Origin: an uncultured Candidatus Peribacteria bacterium
Lineage (GTDB): Bacteria > Patescibacteriota > Gracilibacteria > Peribacterales > Peribacteraceae
Direction of reading: 5' to 3'
Length of the DNA: 64,000 nt
Assembly: GCA_964633955.1 (NCBI GenBank)
Contig: CAZWIA010000002.1
Coordinates: forward strand, 8,026 to 72,025
The notes under the pieces were generated by a model. That model was given only the letters and a program-made list of their open reading frames with translations. It was not told where the DNA came from and ran no database searches. Below are positions 1 to 9,186 of this stretch, piece by piece (the first letter of the stretch is position 1; every line of letters begins with the position of its first letter). The position numbers and the translations under genes are program-made.

Positions 1-1
1 A

Positions 2-553
2 GGCGTGCGGCAGTCCGGTGATGCGAACGCGTTCTTCCAACTCATGAAACGGACAGCGGAGCGGGACGGCTTCACTCACTTGGCTGCGCGATCGTACGAG
101 GCGTTCCTCACGCAGCTCCCCGGGGCCTTTCTCTTCCTGGCCTACGCACCGGGAACGGAAGAGCCGGTCGCGGGGCTCCTGGGCGTCATGTGGAACAAGA
201 TAGGCATTTACTACTACGGCGGGTCCGATCACCAGCATCGCGCTCTCCAGGCTCCGTCCCTGCTGCAATGGCACGCCATGCGGCTGTGTCGGGAAGGGGG
301 ATGCCGGACGTACGACCTGTTCGGGATCGCCCCACCAGTGACCAGTGGTCAGGAGCCAGTGATGAGCAAGAACAAAGATTCGATATTCGATATTCAACAT
401 TCGACATTCGATGCCAAACATCCCTGGGCCAGCGTGACGGACTTCAAGCGGAAGTTTGGCGGGACCATAATCACCTATCCGCCGGAACGGCAGATCGTCC
501 TGCGGCCGGTGACGCATGCGCTGCTGAAGGTGAAGCGGATGCTCGTCGGCTGA
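2..553 (+). CDS. FemAB-family peptidoglycan interpeptide-bridge transferase, C-terminal part (5' end outside window)
   Basis: The frame is open to the window edge. It has the YYYGGS..HR, LLQWHA and YDLFGI...HPW..FKRKFGG blocks typical of FemAB/FemX C-termini. It carries an extra loop encoded by heptamer repeats. Confidence 0.7.
   Translation, partial: GVRQSGDANAFFQLMKRTAERDGFTHLAARSYEAFLTQLPGAFLFLAYAPGTEEPVAGLLGVMWNKIGIYYYGGSDHQHRALQAPSLLQWHAMRLCREGGCRTYDLFGIAPPVTSGQEPVMSKNKDSIFDIQHSTFDAKHPWASVTDFKRKFGGTIITYPPERQIVLRPVTHALLKVKRMLVG
335..418. repeat. heptamer-repeat arrays embedded in frame in the FemAB CDS
   Basis: CCAGTGACCAGTGGTCAGGAGCCAGTGATGAGC is followed by ATTCGAT ATTCGAT ATTCAAC ATTCGAC ATTCGAT. 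These are the same unit flavours as the intergenic hairpins at 14271, 32883, 27276 and 45291. Confidence 0.7.
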
Positions 554-576
554 TCCTCCGAACACCCTCACCCCCA

Positions 577-630
577 CCCCCTCTCCCCAGGGGAGAGGGG
601 TGGTCCGCCTCAGGCGGACCGGGGAGAGGG
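577..630. repeat. nested GC-rich hairpins
   Basis: CCCCTCTCCCC-AG-GGGAGAGGGG, then GGTCCGCCTCAGGCGGACC (602-620), then a second GGGGAGAGGG. The 18-nt core recurs at 5204-5221. Confidence 0.6.
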
Positions 631-660
631 CGGCACCAGGCCAATGCACACACATCACAA

Positions 661-693
661 AAGGCCCCGCTCCGGTTTCCCGGAGGGGGCCTT
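661..693. terminator. bidirectional stem-loop between convergent genes
   Basis: AAGGCCCCGCTCCGG-TTTC-CCGGAGGGGGCCTT lies between the FemAB stop (553) and the S-layer gene stop (733). Confidence 0.65.
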
Positions 694-732
694 CTGCTTT
701 AGGAGAACGCTTGCCGTTCCCACGCTAGGCAA

Positions 733-3700
733 TTAGCTCTGGTAGCTGGTGGAGTTGACGGAGGTCTCCGGGTACTCGACCCAGTAGAACCGAGCCGTCG
801 TAGCAGCAGCATTGTCCTTGTCTACCCAGGCGAAGTGGCTCGTCGCAGCTCCGTACGTTGTATAGGAGAGCTGACTGAAGTTCTGGAGAGACACCTGGAG
901 GGTGGACGTGTTAGCACCCACAACATCAGCATTCGTGATGTTGCCCTGGAGCACAAACGTAGCATCCGTTCCCGGATCAATAGCTGTATCAACCGTGCTG
1001 GAGAGCAGGCTGTTGCAAGCTACCAGGAACGAGCCGGACTGCGAACCTCCGATGGCTGTTCCCGACGTATTGATCGCAGAACAGCTAGATGTCACAGAGG
1101 CATTGGCCTTGTTGAAGAACTTGAAGGCCGTCGTATCCAGCGCCACGTTAGTGGCATTCACATTGAAGATCACACCAGAGAGCGTCACCTTGTTGAGCCC
1201 GTTCTGGCTGTTGCTGTTGGGGTAGGCCGCAATCTTGAACTGACCGATGTCCCGGATGCCCGTCGGCACGTTGGTGCCGTTGGCGTCTGGATTGGCGTTC
1301 GTGATGCTCTGGATCTTGCTCAGCACGGACACGTGCTTGGTACCAACAATGTGGGCATTGGTGGCAGTGGCAGACGTGCGGCCGATGAAGATCTCGCCGT
1401 TAGCGGTGCTGTCGCCGCTGTTGGCGGTCAGCGTGTTGCTGGACTGATCACCGCGGGCGCGGACGGCGCCGGAACCCGTGGTGTTGTTCGCTACAGCCTG
1501 CTTGTTCAGGAAGAGCGCGATGGTCTCAGACGTTGCGCCTTCCACATCCGTCTTCATGCGCGGGCGGATGAGCACGTCCACTTCCTGGCCCTTGGGGACC
1601 ACGAGCTGGCGGCTCTCCATCTGCGCACAGAAAGCTGTGGTGGAGGTGTTGCTGGTACCACCGTCAGGGTTGTTGCCCAGCGTATCGTCCGATCCACAAG
1701 CACCGACAGTCGCGGTTGCGAACGCGGTGGAAGCTCCATCCTTGTAGAGCTCCAGGCGGTCGATGGACGTAGCCGTGGAACCGGAGGAGTTGATCTGCAG
1801 GTCCGTGACATCCACGTCCTCGTACTCCGCGCGGAACTGCACGCGGATGACAGGATCACCCAGCGCGCCACCAAGGAGCTGGCGGTTGCGGATGGGCGTG
1901 GTGTCCGCAGAGACGTACAGGTTCCCCTGGTCAACCAGCACGTAGTTCTTGCTGACTGCCGTGGTCACCGTGATGTCACACGTGCTGGAGCAAGTACTGT
2001 CCGTCTTGATGCCGGAGAGGGAAGAACCGGTGTCCTCTTCCTGGGCCTCAACGTAGTCGGTGTCGCCGATGGAGAAGCCGAGGCTCAGGTCGTTATTGGT
2101 GAGGTTGGACACAATGTCCGCATGGACCTCGAAGATCACGCTCTTCTCCTTCTCAATGACGTATCCACCGTTCTTCAGCTTGTTGAAGGCGATCTTGCTG
2201 GAAGCCGGTGCCACGCCGGAGTGCAGGGCGGTGTCCACAGCGGAGTCACCGTCCGTGTCTACCCACAGCGTGTAGTTCTGAGCGTTGTTGAGCGAACCGG
2301 AACCGAAGTCATTCCCCGTGCCGTCCACGGTGTCGAACGTGAAGCGGGTCACGCGGATGTCATCGGACTCGCCGGCGCGAACCTCAAAGCGGTTGAGCGT
2401 GAGGTTCTTGGTGTTCCGCACCGCCGTGTCGGTCGTGCCCAGGGACTTGAGAGCCACCGTGAGCGTGGGCGAAGCGATGCGATGGAAGTTAGCGGACAGC
2501 ACGCCGCGCGGGCGGACGTCCGTCACGGACTCACCGGAGGAGATCCCCTCAATCACCATCTGATAGCTGGTGGAACTGGAGAGGCCGCCGCCAATGGAAC
2601 AGGCCGTGGAGTTGGTAGTGTTCCCGGAGAGCAGCGTGGGCTCGCCGCAGATGTGCACGCGGAACTCGTTGCCGCTCTTGGGGTTACTGGAAGAACCGTT
2701 GTTGATGAAGTCCGCACGGATCTCGTACGTGCCGTCCTTGGTGAGCGTCAGGTCATCCACGCGGTACCACTGGTATGTACCCAGAGCGGCTGAGGCGCCA
2801 GCATCCGTGCCGCCGGTGAGGCGGGTGGCGGAGATGGAGCGGCCGGTCTTGGTATCGCGCAGCTTCACGTTCTCCAGCACCTCCGCGACCGTGTCGTACG
2901 TGGCGTCGGAGTTCACCAGGCTGCCGCCGGACGAGGTCTGACCCTCGATGGCGAAGAACAAGTTCTCGATGTTCACCGAGTCGCCGCCGCCAAGCTCGAA
3001 CTTCACGTTGGCGAGCACGGCGTCATCCGTGTCGCGCGTGTAGGAGCGCTGCACGGGGCCATCCAGCTGGATGGTGAACTGACCGGCGTCGATCGTCACC
3101 GTGTCCGCCGAGGGGCTGGACGCGATGGAGACCTGGGAACCGTACAGCTGGCCGTTCACGCCGTAGCCGTACAGGGAGCCGACCGTGAAGATGTCGGACG
3201 TCTCCTCAAAGCGCAGGATCACCGTGTCGCCGGCGCCGCCCACCACGTCACCGATCACCTCCAGAGTGATCTTATCACCCTGCTTGATGACCAGCGGCGG
3301 ATCAAAGACGAACGTGGCGTGGTCGTCCTGCATGGAAGCGACCGTGTTGGAGATCACGGTGTTGTCCGTGCGGCGGATCTTGAGATCCGTCACGTCGCCA
3401 TCGGAGGCGGAACCGTTGTTCTCCACCGTGACGCTGTAGACGGTCTGGTCCTCCACGGAGTCCGCGGAGAGCTCAAACCGGCCGAGCGGGGTGTCCCCCT
3501 CGCCCACCTTCACCTGGTCCGGAGACACGGTGCGGTAGGTGGCCGTCAGGCGGCCGCTGGTCACAGCGGCGAGCTTGAACGTATTGCCCCGGAGCGGGAA
3601 GTTGCCATCCACGCTCTTGGCGTTGGAAGCCACGTCGGAGGGAAGCTCGACCACCAGGTTGTGCTCGCCGGAGACCGTAGCCGTGGAGCTGAAATCAGCC

Positions 3701-4974
3701 ACCACATCCAGGGTCACCGTCTCACACTTCTTCACGACCAGCGGAGAGGTGAAGCGCACATCGGCCGTCTGATCCTCGGAGTCGATCGTCCGCTTGCGGG
3801 ACTTGCGGGCCCCGTCCACGGCTACATACACACCGTCGATGTCCGTGGTGGCACCGAAGCCCTCATGGAGCACCGTGACGTTGTCGATCTCGACATCATC
3901 ATCACAGGAAGCCTTGAGATCTAGGGACAGCATGGCCACGCCGTTGGCGCCCCTTGGCACCGTGTCGGCCACCGGGTTGGTGGAAGCCAGGCTCATCTCC
4001 AGGGTGCCGTCACCCAGGACGCGCTCCTCAAAGCCCGCGAACTCGGCGGAATCCGAGATCTCATCGCCGTCGGCGGTCATGACGCCGTCCACGGTAACCG
4101 TGAAGGTCTCGTCGGCCGCAAGCTCACCGTCAACGGTGAGGCGGACGACCATATCCTCCACCAGCTCCGCCGCCGTGACATCCAGATCGGAGTCGCCGGC
4201 AACGGTGTAGTTGGCCACGTCCTCAGCGGAGTCCTGGTCCACCGCGACCGTGAACTCCACCTCGACAGTCTCGAGATCCGTCGCAGTGGCGGAGTCGATA
4301 CCGGCCTCGGTGGGCTCGCCGCCAATGCTGCAGTCCACGCCGTAGGTCAGGCCCTGATCCACACGGTGGAGCATGACTACCATTTCAGCGCGGTTCATGT
4401 TGTCACTGGGGCGGACCCGGCCCGTGGAATCGTCACCCTGCAGGACGCAGTGGTCGGCAGCGGTCTGGATGGAATCCGTGTACCACTGGCCGGACGGGTT
4501 ATCCACGAACTGGGGCGCGTCGCCGGTCGCCTCAAGGGCGAAGGCGCGCACAATGAGGGCGGCGGCCTCAGCGCGGTTGATGTTCGCGCCGGGGCGGGCG
4601 TAGCAGGGCTTGGAACCGATGCAGTTCCCGTCGCCCTTCACCCAGCCCTCCTTGGCAGCCTCCTCCATGTAGTTGTAGTACCAAGCGCTGGCGGCAACGT
4701 CCGTGAACGTGGGCGTGGCCGGAGGCGTGGAGAGGACGCCGCCGTTGAGCTCAACGACGAGCTTGATGAACTCCGCGCGGTTGGCGAGTTCGCCGCCGCG
4801 GAAGCGGGTCTGCGTGGCATCCAGGTAGCCGGCGTCCGTGAACGCATCAACGGCTTCCCCGTACCACACGCCGGAGGGGACATCGGAGTAGGCGGCAATG
4901 ACGCTCCCGATCTGGGTAAGCGTGATGGCCGCAGCCGATACCCCCGCCAGGACCTTCTTAAAGGAAAGATCCAT
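733..4974 (-). CDS. S-layer protein: signal peptide, three N-terminal SLH domains, long Ig-like/beta-rich repeat region
   Basis: 1413-aa ORF. Three SLH-type modules are present (YSDVPSGVWYGEAVD..ANRAEFIKLV; FTDVAASAWYYNYM..INRAEAAALIVR; FVDNPSGQWYTDSI..MNRAEMVVMLHR). Confidence 0.85.
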   Translation of the reverse strand: MDLSFKKVLAGVSAAAITLTQIGSVIAAYSDVPSGVWYGEAVDAFTDAGYLDATQTRFRGGELANRAEFIKLVVELNGGVLSTPPATPTFTDVAASAWYYNYMEEAAKEGWVKGDGNCIGSKPCYARPGANINRAEAAALIVRAFALEATGDAPQFVDNPSGQWYTDSIQTAADHCVLQGDDSTGRVRPSDNMNRAEMVVMLHRVDQGLTYGVDCSIGGEPTEAGIDSATATDLETVEVEFTVAVDQDSAEDVANYTVAGDSDLDVTAAELVEDMVVRLTVDGELAADETFTVTVDGVMTADGDEISDSAEFAGFEERVLGDGTLEMSLASTNPVADTVPRGANGVAMLSLDLKASCDDDVEIDNVTVLHEGFGATTDIDGVYVAVDGARKSRKRTIDSEDQTADVRFTSPLVVKKCETVTLDVVADFSSTATVSGEHNLVVELPSDVASNAKSVDGNFPLRGNTFKLAAVTSGRLTATYRTVSPDQVKVGEGDTPLGRFELSADSVEDQTVYSVTVENNGSASDGDVTDLKIRRTDNTVISNTVASMQDDHATFVFDPPLVIKQGDKITLEVIGDVVGGAGDTVILRFEETSDIFTVGSLYGYGVNGQLYGSQVSIASSPSADTVTIDAGQFTIQLDGPVQRSYTRDTDDAVLANVKFELGGGDSVNIENLFFAIEGQTSSGGSLVNSDATYDTVAEVLENVKLRDTKTGRSISATRLTGGTDAGASAALGTYQWYRVDDLTLTKDGTYEIRADFINNGSSSNPKSGNEFRVHICGEPTLLSGNTTNSTACSIGGGLSSSTSYQMVIEGISSGESVTDVRPRGVLSANFHRIASPTLTVALKSLGTTDTAVRNTKNLTLNRFEVRAGESDDIRVTRFTFDTVDGTGNDFGSGSLNNAQNYTLWVDTDGDSAVDTALHSGVAPASSKIAFNKLKNGGYVIEKEKSVIFEVHADIVSNLTNNDLSLGFSIGDTDYVEAQEEDTGSSLSGIKTDSTCSSTCDITVTTAVSKNYVLVDQGNLYVSADTTPIRNRQLLGGALGDPVIRVQFRAEYEDVDVTDLQINSSGSTATSIDRLELYKDGASTAFATATVGACGSDDTLGNNPDGGTSNTSTTAFCAQMESRQLVVPKGQEVDVLIRPRMKTDVEGATSETIALFLNKQAVANNTTGSGAVRARGDQSSNTLTANSGDSTANGEIFIGRTSATATNAHIVGTKHVSVLSKIQSITNANPDANGTNVPTGIRDIGQFKIAAYPNSNSQNGLNKVTLSGVIFNVNATNVALDTTAFKFFNKANASVTSSCSAINTSGTAIGGSQSGSFLVACNSLLSSTVDTAIDPGTDATFVLQGNITNADVVGANTSTLQVSLQNFSQLSYTTYGAATSHFAWVDKDNAAATTARFYWVEYPETSVNSTSYQS

Positions 4975-5203
4975 AGGGATGGTTTGAAGAAGAAATAAAG
5001 CAGTGGAAGTTGCTGTGAGTGGGAGTGTGAACCCCGTGTCTCCGCGTGAGGAGCGCGGTCGTGTAGTGGGTGGGTGAGCATCTGAGCGCGTACGCTAGTG
5101 ACGCTCGCCTCCTTAAATATAAAGAGTCACACGAGGGCGCCGACACCGTCTCCGGTCCGTGGCGGGGCCACGGCATCGCCGGGGAGTCAGGGGTGTGTCG
5201 CAC

Positions 5204-5221
5204 GGTCCGCCTCAGGCGGAC
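5204..5221. repeat. second copy of the GGTCCGCCTCAGGCGGAC hairpin
   Basis: Identical 18-mer to 602-619, located inside the long intergenic region upstream of the S-layer gene. Confidence 0.6.
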
Positions 5222-5604
5222 GTGAATCTCGTCATCCTGGTCATCGTCGGATTCATCCAACGTGACGCGCGGACTGGCGAGTGCCGAAATGACAACGAAC
5301 AGCGCTGACCGCGCTCTCCTTCTTCAACGGAGCGGATCACCGTGGATCCTACAAAGGCCCAGGGGGACCAGCAAGCGCCGTGGAGAACTCGGCAGCCCAG
5401 GAAACGCGGTGGTCCGGAGCGCGTTACACGGTCCGGCAGGCGGATTCCCGATCGAATACGGCCTTCCGCGGGCATTCCACGGCAAAGAACGGCTGCCAGA
5501 AGGGAAAAACACCCCGTTTTCCCCGTGATGCAAGGGTCTAAAATAGACTTGTCACTGTACATTTTTATGGTGATCGTTGTGAAGAGAGGCGGACATGGGC
5601 CGGG

Positions 5605-5672
5605 GAGTTACGGGTTACGAGTCACCAGTCACGAGTTGGAACCCGTAACGCGTACCTTCAAACTTGTAACTG
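5605..5672. repeat. heptamer-array hairpin (GTTACGR flavour) downstream of cysS
   Basis: Units GTTACGG GTTACGA GTCACCA GTCACGA. The stem is GTTACGGGTT (5607-5616) with AACCCGTAAC (5640-5649). A trailing AACTTGTAACTG follows. Confidence 0.65.
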
Positions 5673-5709
5673 CCTGTCCAAGGAATGGCGACCGCTACGC
5701 ACGGCGCAC

Positions 5710-7248
5710 TTACAGCTTGGCCACCCGCTGCCCCTCCGCCGTATCCCGCACGTCGTAGCCCTTCTCCTTTATACAGTCTCGTAACCGATCGGATTCCGCA
5801 AAATCCTTCCGCGCACGCGCCGCCGCGCGCTGGTCGACCAATGCTTGAACTTCAGCAGGGATCACTTGATCTTCTTCTGGCTCAAAGCAGCCGAAGGTTT
5901 CTCGGATCGTTCGCTGGAGATTCGCGAGGGCATCCGTTGATACATTGCTGCGGAATCTCTGATTGCGACTCCACGCCATGACATCGAACACCACAGCGAG
6001 TGCCGCCGGCGTGTTGAGATCCGCATTCATCGCTTCTGTAAATTCCTGCTCGAAGTCCTGAATTTCATTTCTGAGGAAATCTTCAGAATGTGAGTTCACT
6101 GTCAATCCAGTATCGCCCGCAAGAGCCGGGCTCCAGCCGATCGGATTCTCCGTCATCCACTCCATAATCTTCCTCCTCGCCTTCTTGGCATCTTCCATCC
6201 CCTTCCAGCTGAACTTCAAATTGGTTCGGTAATGCACTGAGAGCAAATAATACCGAAGGTCGAGCGGGTGATAGCCGCGCGCGATGAAGTCATCTAACAC
6301 GTAGACGTTCCCTAAGCTCTTACTCATCTTCTCGCTCATCCCCTGCTCGTTGACAATGTCGATGAACCGCCGGTGCAGCCACACCTGCACGAACTGCGTG
6401 CTGTTACCCCCGGAATGCATTCCGGGGCCAACATCCATGCTGCATTCGCTCTGCGCGATCTCACACTCATGGTGCGGGAAGATGTTGTCCTCCCCGCCGG
6501 TGTGGATGTCTATCTGCGCGCCCAGCTCCTTGCGCGCCATGGCGGAGCACTCAATGTGCCAGCCGGGGAACCCCGCGGCGGCGTCCTCGCCTTCCGTATG
6601 CACGCGCTCGCCGGATGTAAATGACCAGCGGAGGAGGTGATGCGCGTTCTCCCCCACGCACTTCTTCCAGAGGGCGAAGTCCGCCGGGTGCTTCTTGTGC
6701 TCGTGAACATCCACGCGCGCGCCGGCCGCCAGGTCATCAATCCTGTTGCCGGAGAGCTTGCCGTACTCCGGGAACGATCGGACATCAAAGTAAATGCCGT
6801 CCTCCACTTCATACGCGTGGCCGCCATCCATGAGTGTGCGGATGATCGCCAGCATCTCCGGTATGTACTGCGTGGCGCGCGGGCGAACTTCCGGTTCGAT
6901 GAAGTTCAATACCTTCTCATCCGCCAGATACTGCTGTGTGTAGCGTTCGGCGACCATAAGCGGATCGATCTTCTCCGCCTTGGCCTGCTTCTCAATCTTG
7001 TCCTCCCCCGTATCCGCATCCGCCACCAGGTGTCCCACATCCGTGATGTTCTTGGCGTGCTTCACGCTGTAGCCGCTCACGGTGAGCCACCGCCGGAGCA
7101 GGTCCGCCAGTAAGAAGGAGGCGTAGTTGCCCAGGTGCGGCCGGCCGTAGACCGTGGGCCCGCAGGTGTACATGGTGACCTGCGGCGGATGCAGGGGAGC
7201 AAACACTTCTTCCTTCTTGGTGAGGGAGTTGTAGAGCGTGAGGGCCAT
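5710..7248 (-). CDS. cysS: cysteine--tRNA ligase
   Basis: 512 aa. Class I HIGH-type motif (HLGN) and a KMSKS motif, with full-length similarity to CysS by eye. Confidence 0.95.
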   Translation of the reverse strand: MALTLYNSLTKKEEVFAPLHPPQVTMYTCGPTVYGRPHLGNYASFLLADLLRRWLTVSGYSVKHAKNITDVGHLVADADTGEDKIEKQAKAEKIDPLMVAERYTQQYLADEKVLNFIEPEVRPRATQYIPEMLAIIRTLMDGGHAYEVEDGIYFDVRSFPEYGKLSGNRIDDLAAGARVDVHEHKKHPADFALWKKCVGENAHHLLRWSFTSGERVHTEGEDAAAGFPGWHIECSAMARKELGAQIDIHTGGEDNIFPHHECEIAQSECSMDVGPGMHSGGNSTQFVQVWLHRRFIDIVNEQGMSEKMSKSLGNVYVLDDFIARGYHPLDLRYYLLSVHYRTNLKFSWKGMEDAKKARRKIMEWMTENPIGWSPALAGDTGLTVNSHSEDFLRNEIQDFEQEFTEAMNADLNTPAALAVVFDVMAWSRNQRFRSNVSTDALANLQRTIRETFGCFEPEEDQVIPAEVQALVDQRAAARARKDFAESDRLRDCIKEKGYDVRDTAEGQRVAKL

Positions 7249-7254
7249 GCAGGC

Positions 7255-7260
7255 ATTCTA
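7255..7260 (-). promoter_or_regulatory. -10-like hexamer TAGAAT 6 nt upstream of the cysS ATG (leaderless candidate)
   Basis: The minus strand reads TAGAAT-gcctgc-ATG. There is no Shine-Dalgarno sequence. Confidence 0.4.
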
Positions 7261-7345
7261 GCCACAGTCCGCCGCGCGCAACACCGCACAAGAAAGACCG
7301 CCTTCCTTGGAAGGCGGCCATGCGGGGTGCGGGCGAGCGGACCGG

Positions 7346-7546
7346 TCAACCCTGGGGGTCCAGCTCCGGTTCGGACCCATTATTCTCCTGATCACGCCGC
7401 TTGAGGACCTCCTCGCGGTAGATGGGAACGGTATCCGGGGCCTCAATGCCCAAGCGGACCTGGTTGCGGTCGATCCGCACGATCGTGACGACGATGTCGC
7501 CATTGATCACGACCTTCTCACCACGCTTCCGTGAAAGAACCAGCAT
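7346..7546 (-). CDS. csrA: carbon storage regulator CsrA (copy 1)
   Basis: Internal start MLVLSRKRGEKVVI...VRLGIEAP..V.IYREEV, the canonical CsrA core. The upstream ORF extension is judged non-coding. Confidence 0.85.
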   Translation of the reverse strand: MLVLSRKRGEKVVINGDIVVTIVRIDRNQVRLGIEAPDTVPIYREEVLKRRDQENNGSEPELDPQG

Positions 7547-7702
7547 CGCTCTCTCCCTAGAGAGGGCCCGCCCCGCCATCGCTGCCACCTTGGCAGCGCC
7601 TTTGGGATGGGCATAACGTAACATGTAAAGTATATTTGTCAATACGAGAGCCGCCTCGCTCACGCGAGGCGGCCGTGGGCTCCAGAGAGCCCGGTTGTCC
7701 GA

Positions 7703-7951
7703 TCAGCCCCGCTGACTGCGCCTCAGCGGCCATGGCCGGGGACGCGGCGGGCTCAGGGGCGGTGCTGCCTTCTGCGCTGCTTCCTTCTTCTCCCGCTGGA
7801 TGGCCTCATAGACCTCCTGGCGGTGGACGGGAATCTCAATGGGAGCAGCGATCCCCAGCCGGACCTTGTCTCCGCGGATCTCCACCACGGTGATGACGAT
7901 GTCATCGCCGATGATGATGGATTCATCGCGGTGCCGCGAAAGAACAAGCAT
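7703..7951 (-). CDS. csrA: carbon storage regulator CsrA (copy 2, Pro/Arg-rich C-terminal tail)
   Basis: [60 protein letters not shown] Shine-Dalgarno sequence lies directly upstream. Confidence 0.85.
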   Translation of the reverse strand: MLVLSRHRDESIIIGDDIVITVVEIRGDKVRLGIAAPIEIPVHRQEVYEAIQREKKEAAQKAAPPLSPPRPRPWPLRRSQRG

Positions 7952-8112
7952 CCTCTCCTCCTCTTCTCTTCTGATGCTATCCTCCGTTGCCCCCACCCGC
8001 GCGGGTGATCAGGACAGGCGGACTGTACGCCTGACAGGCGCGGATACAAGGAAAATCCGGTCGCGGCAGCGGATTTGGGCTGCTAGAGTGCCGGGGAATC
8101 CCCCCTCATCCC

Positions 8113-9183
8113 ATGACCTACGACGACATCAAGGCCCTCCTGGGCGACCAGGCCGAGACGCTCCTCAACCACGCCTGCCAGACCATTGCCAAAGACAAGC
8201 TCCACCTGCCCGGTCCGGGCGCGGCGCAGAAGGTCTTCAAGGATTCCGACCGGTCCGAGGACGTGCAGAAGAACCTCAAGGCGCTCTACGAGCACGGGCG
8301 GCTGGGGAAGACCGGTTACCTCTCCATCCTCCCGGTGGACCAGGGCATTGAGCACTCCGCGGGCGCGTCCTTTGCCAAGAACCCGGAGTACTTTGATCCG
8401 GCGAACATCGTGGAGCTGGCCATGGAGGGCGGCTGCAACGCCGTGGCCTCCACACTGGGGGCGCTGGGCATCGTGGCTAAGAAGTACGCCCACAAGATCC
8501 CGTTCATCGTGAAGCTCAACCACAATGAGCTCCTCACCTACCCCAACAAGCACGATCAGATTCTCTTTGGCACCGCGGAGCAGGCGGCCAACATGGGCGC
8601 CTTGGGCGTGGGAGCCACCGTGTACTTTGGCTCCCCGGAGAGCAACCGTCAGCTGCAGGAAGTCAGCCGGGAGTTTAAGAAGGCGCACGAGCTGGGGCTC
8701 TTCACCGTCCTCTGGTGCTACCTGCGCAGTCCCGGCTTCAAGACCAAGGAGGCGGACTACAACGCCAGCGCGGACCTCACCGGCCAGGCCAACCACCTGG
8801 GCGTGACCATAGAGGCGGACCTCATCAAGCAGAAGCTGCCGGAGGTGAACGGCGGCTACCTGAACGTGAAGATGGAAGAGGGAGCCTACGGCAAGACGGA
8901 CAAGCTGGTGTACAGTGACCTCACGTCCGACCATCCGATCGACCTCACGCGCTACCAGGTGGCCAACTGCTACATGGGCCGGGTGGGCATGATCAGCTCC
9001 GGCGGGCCATCCGGAGAGAACGACCTGCAGCAGGCGGTGATGACTGCAGTCATCAACAAGCGGGCAGGCGGATCCGGGCTCATCGCCGGCCGGAAGGCGT
9101 TCCAGAAGTCCCGCGACCAGGGCGTGGAACTCCTCTATGCGATCCAGGACGTGTACCTGAGCGAGGAGATCACGATTGCGTAA
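8113..9183 (+). CDS. fbaB: class I fructose-bisphosphate aldolase (FbaB/DhnA type)
   Basis: Near-colinear similarity to E. coli FbaB along the whole length ([49 protein letters not shown]). Confidence 0.93.
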   Translation: MTYDDIKALLGDQAETLLNHACQTIAKDKLHLPGPGAAQKVFKDSDRSEDVQKNLKALYEHGRLGKTGYLSILPVDQGIEHSAGASFAKNPEYFDPANIVELAMEGGCNAVASTLGALGIVAKKYAHKIPFIVKLNHNELLTYPNKHDQILFGTAEQAANMGALGVGATVYFGSPESNRQLQEVSREFKKAHELGLFTVLWCYLRSPGFKTKEADYNASADLTGQANHLGVTIEADLIKQKLPEVNGGYLNVKMEEGAYGKTDKLVYSDLTSDHPIDLTRYQVANCYMGRVGMISSGGPSGENDLQQAVMTAVINKRAGGSGLIAGRKAFQKSRDQGVELLYAIQDVYLSEEITIA

Positions 9184-9186
9184 ACA

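Noticed and set aside
835-2793. Long plus-strand ORFs (835..2793, 3319..3924, 4366..4998 and others) opposite the S-layer gene
   Set aside because: They are Arg/Gly/His-rich, low-complexity translations antisense to a gene with clear SLH domains. These are typical GC-driven shadow ORFs.
4975-5709. RNase P RNA, tmRNA or SRP RNA in the long spacer upstream of the S-layer gene
   Set aside because: I could not find the universally conserved strings on either strand: GGAAAGUCCGG and ACAGAA..CGGCUUA for RNase P, the tRNA-like TCCACCA end with a GGGG 5' end for tmRNA, and GGAAGCAGCC-type domain IV for SRP. This was a manual check only, so a covariance-model scan is still advisable.
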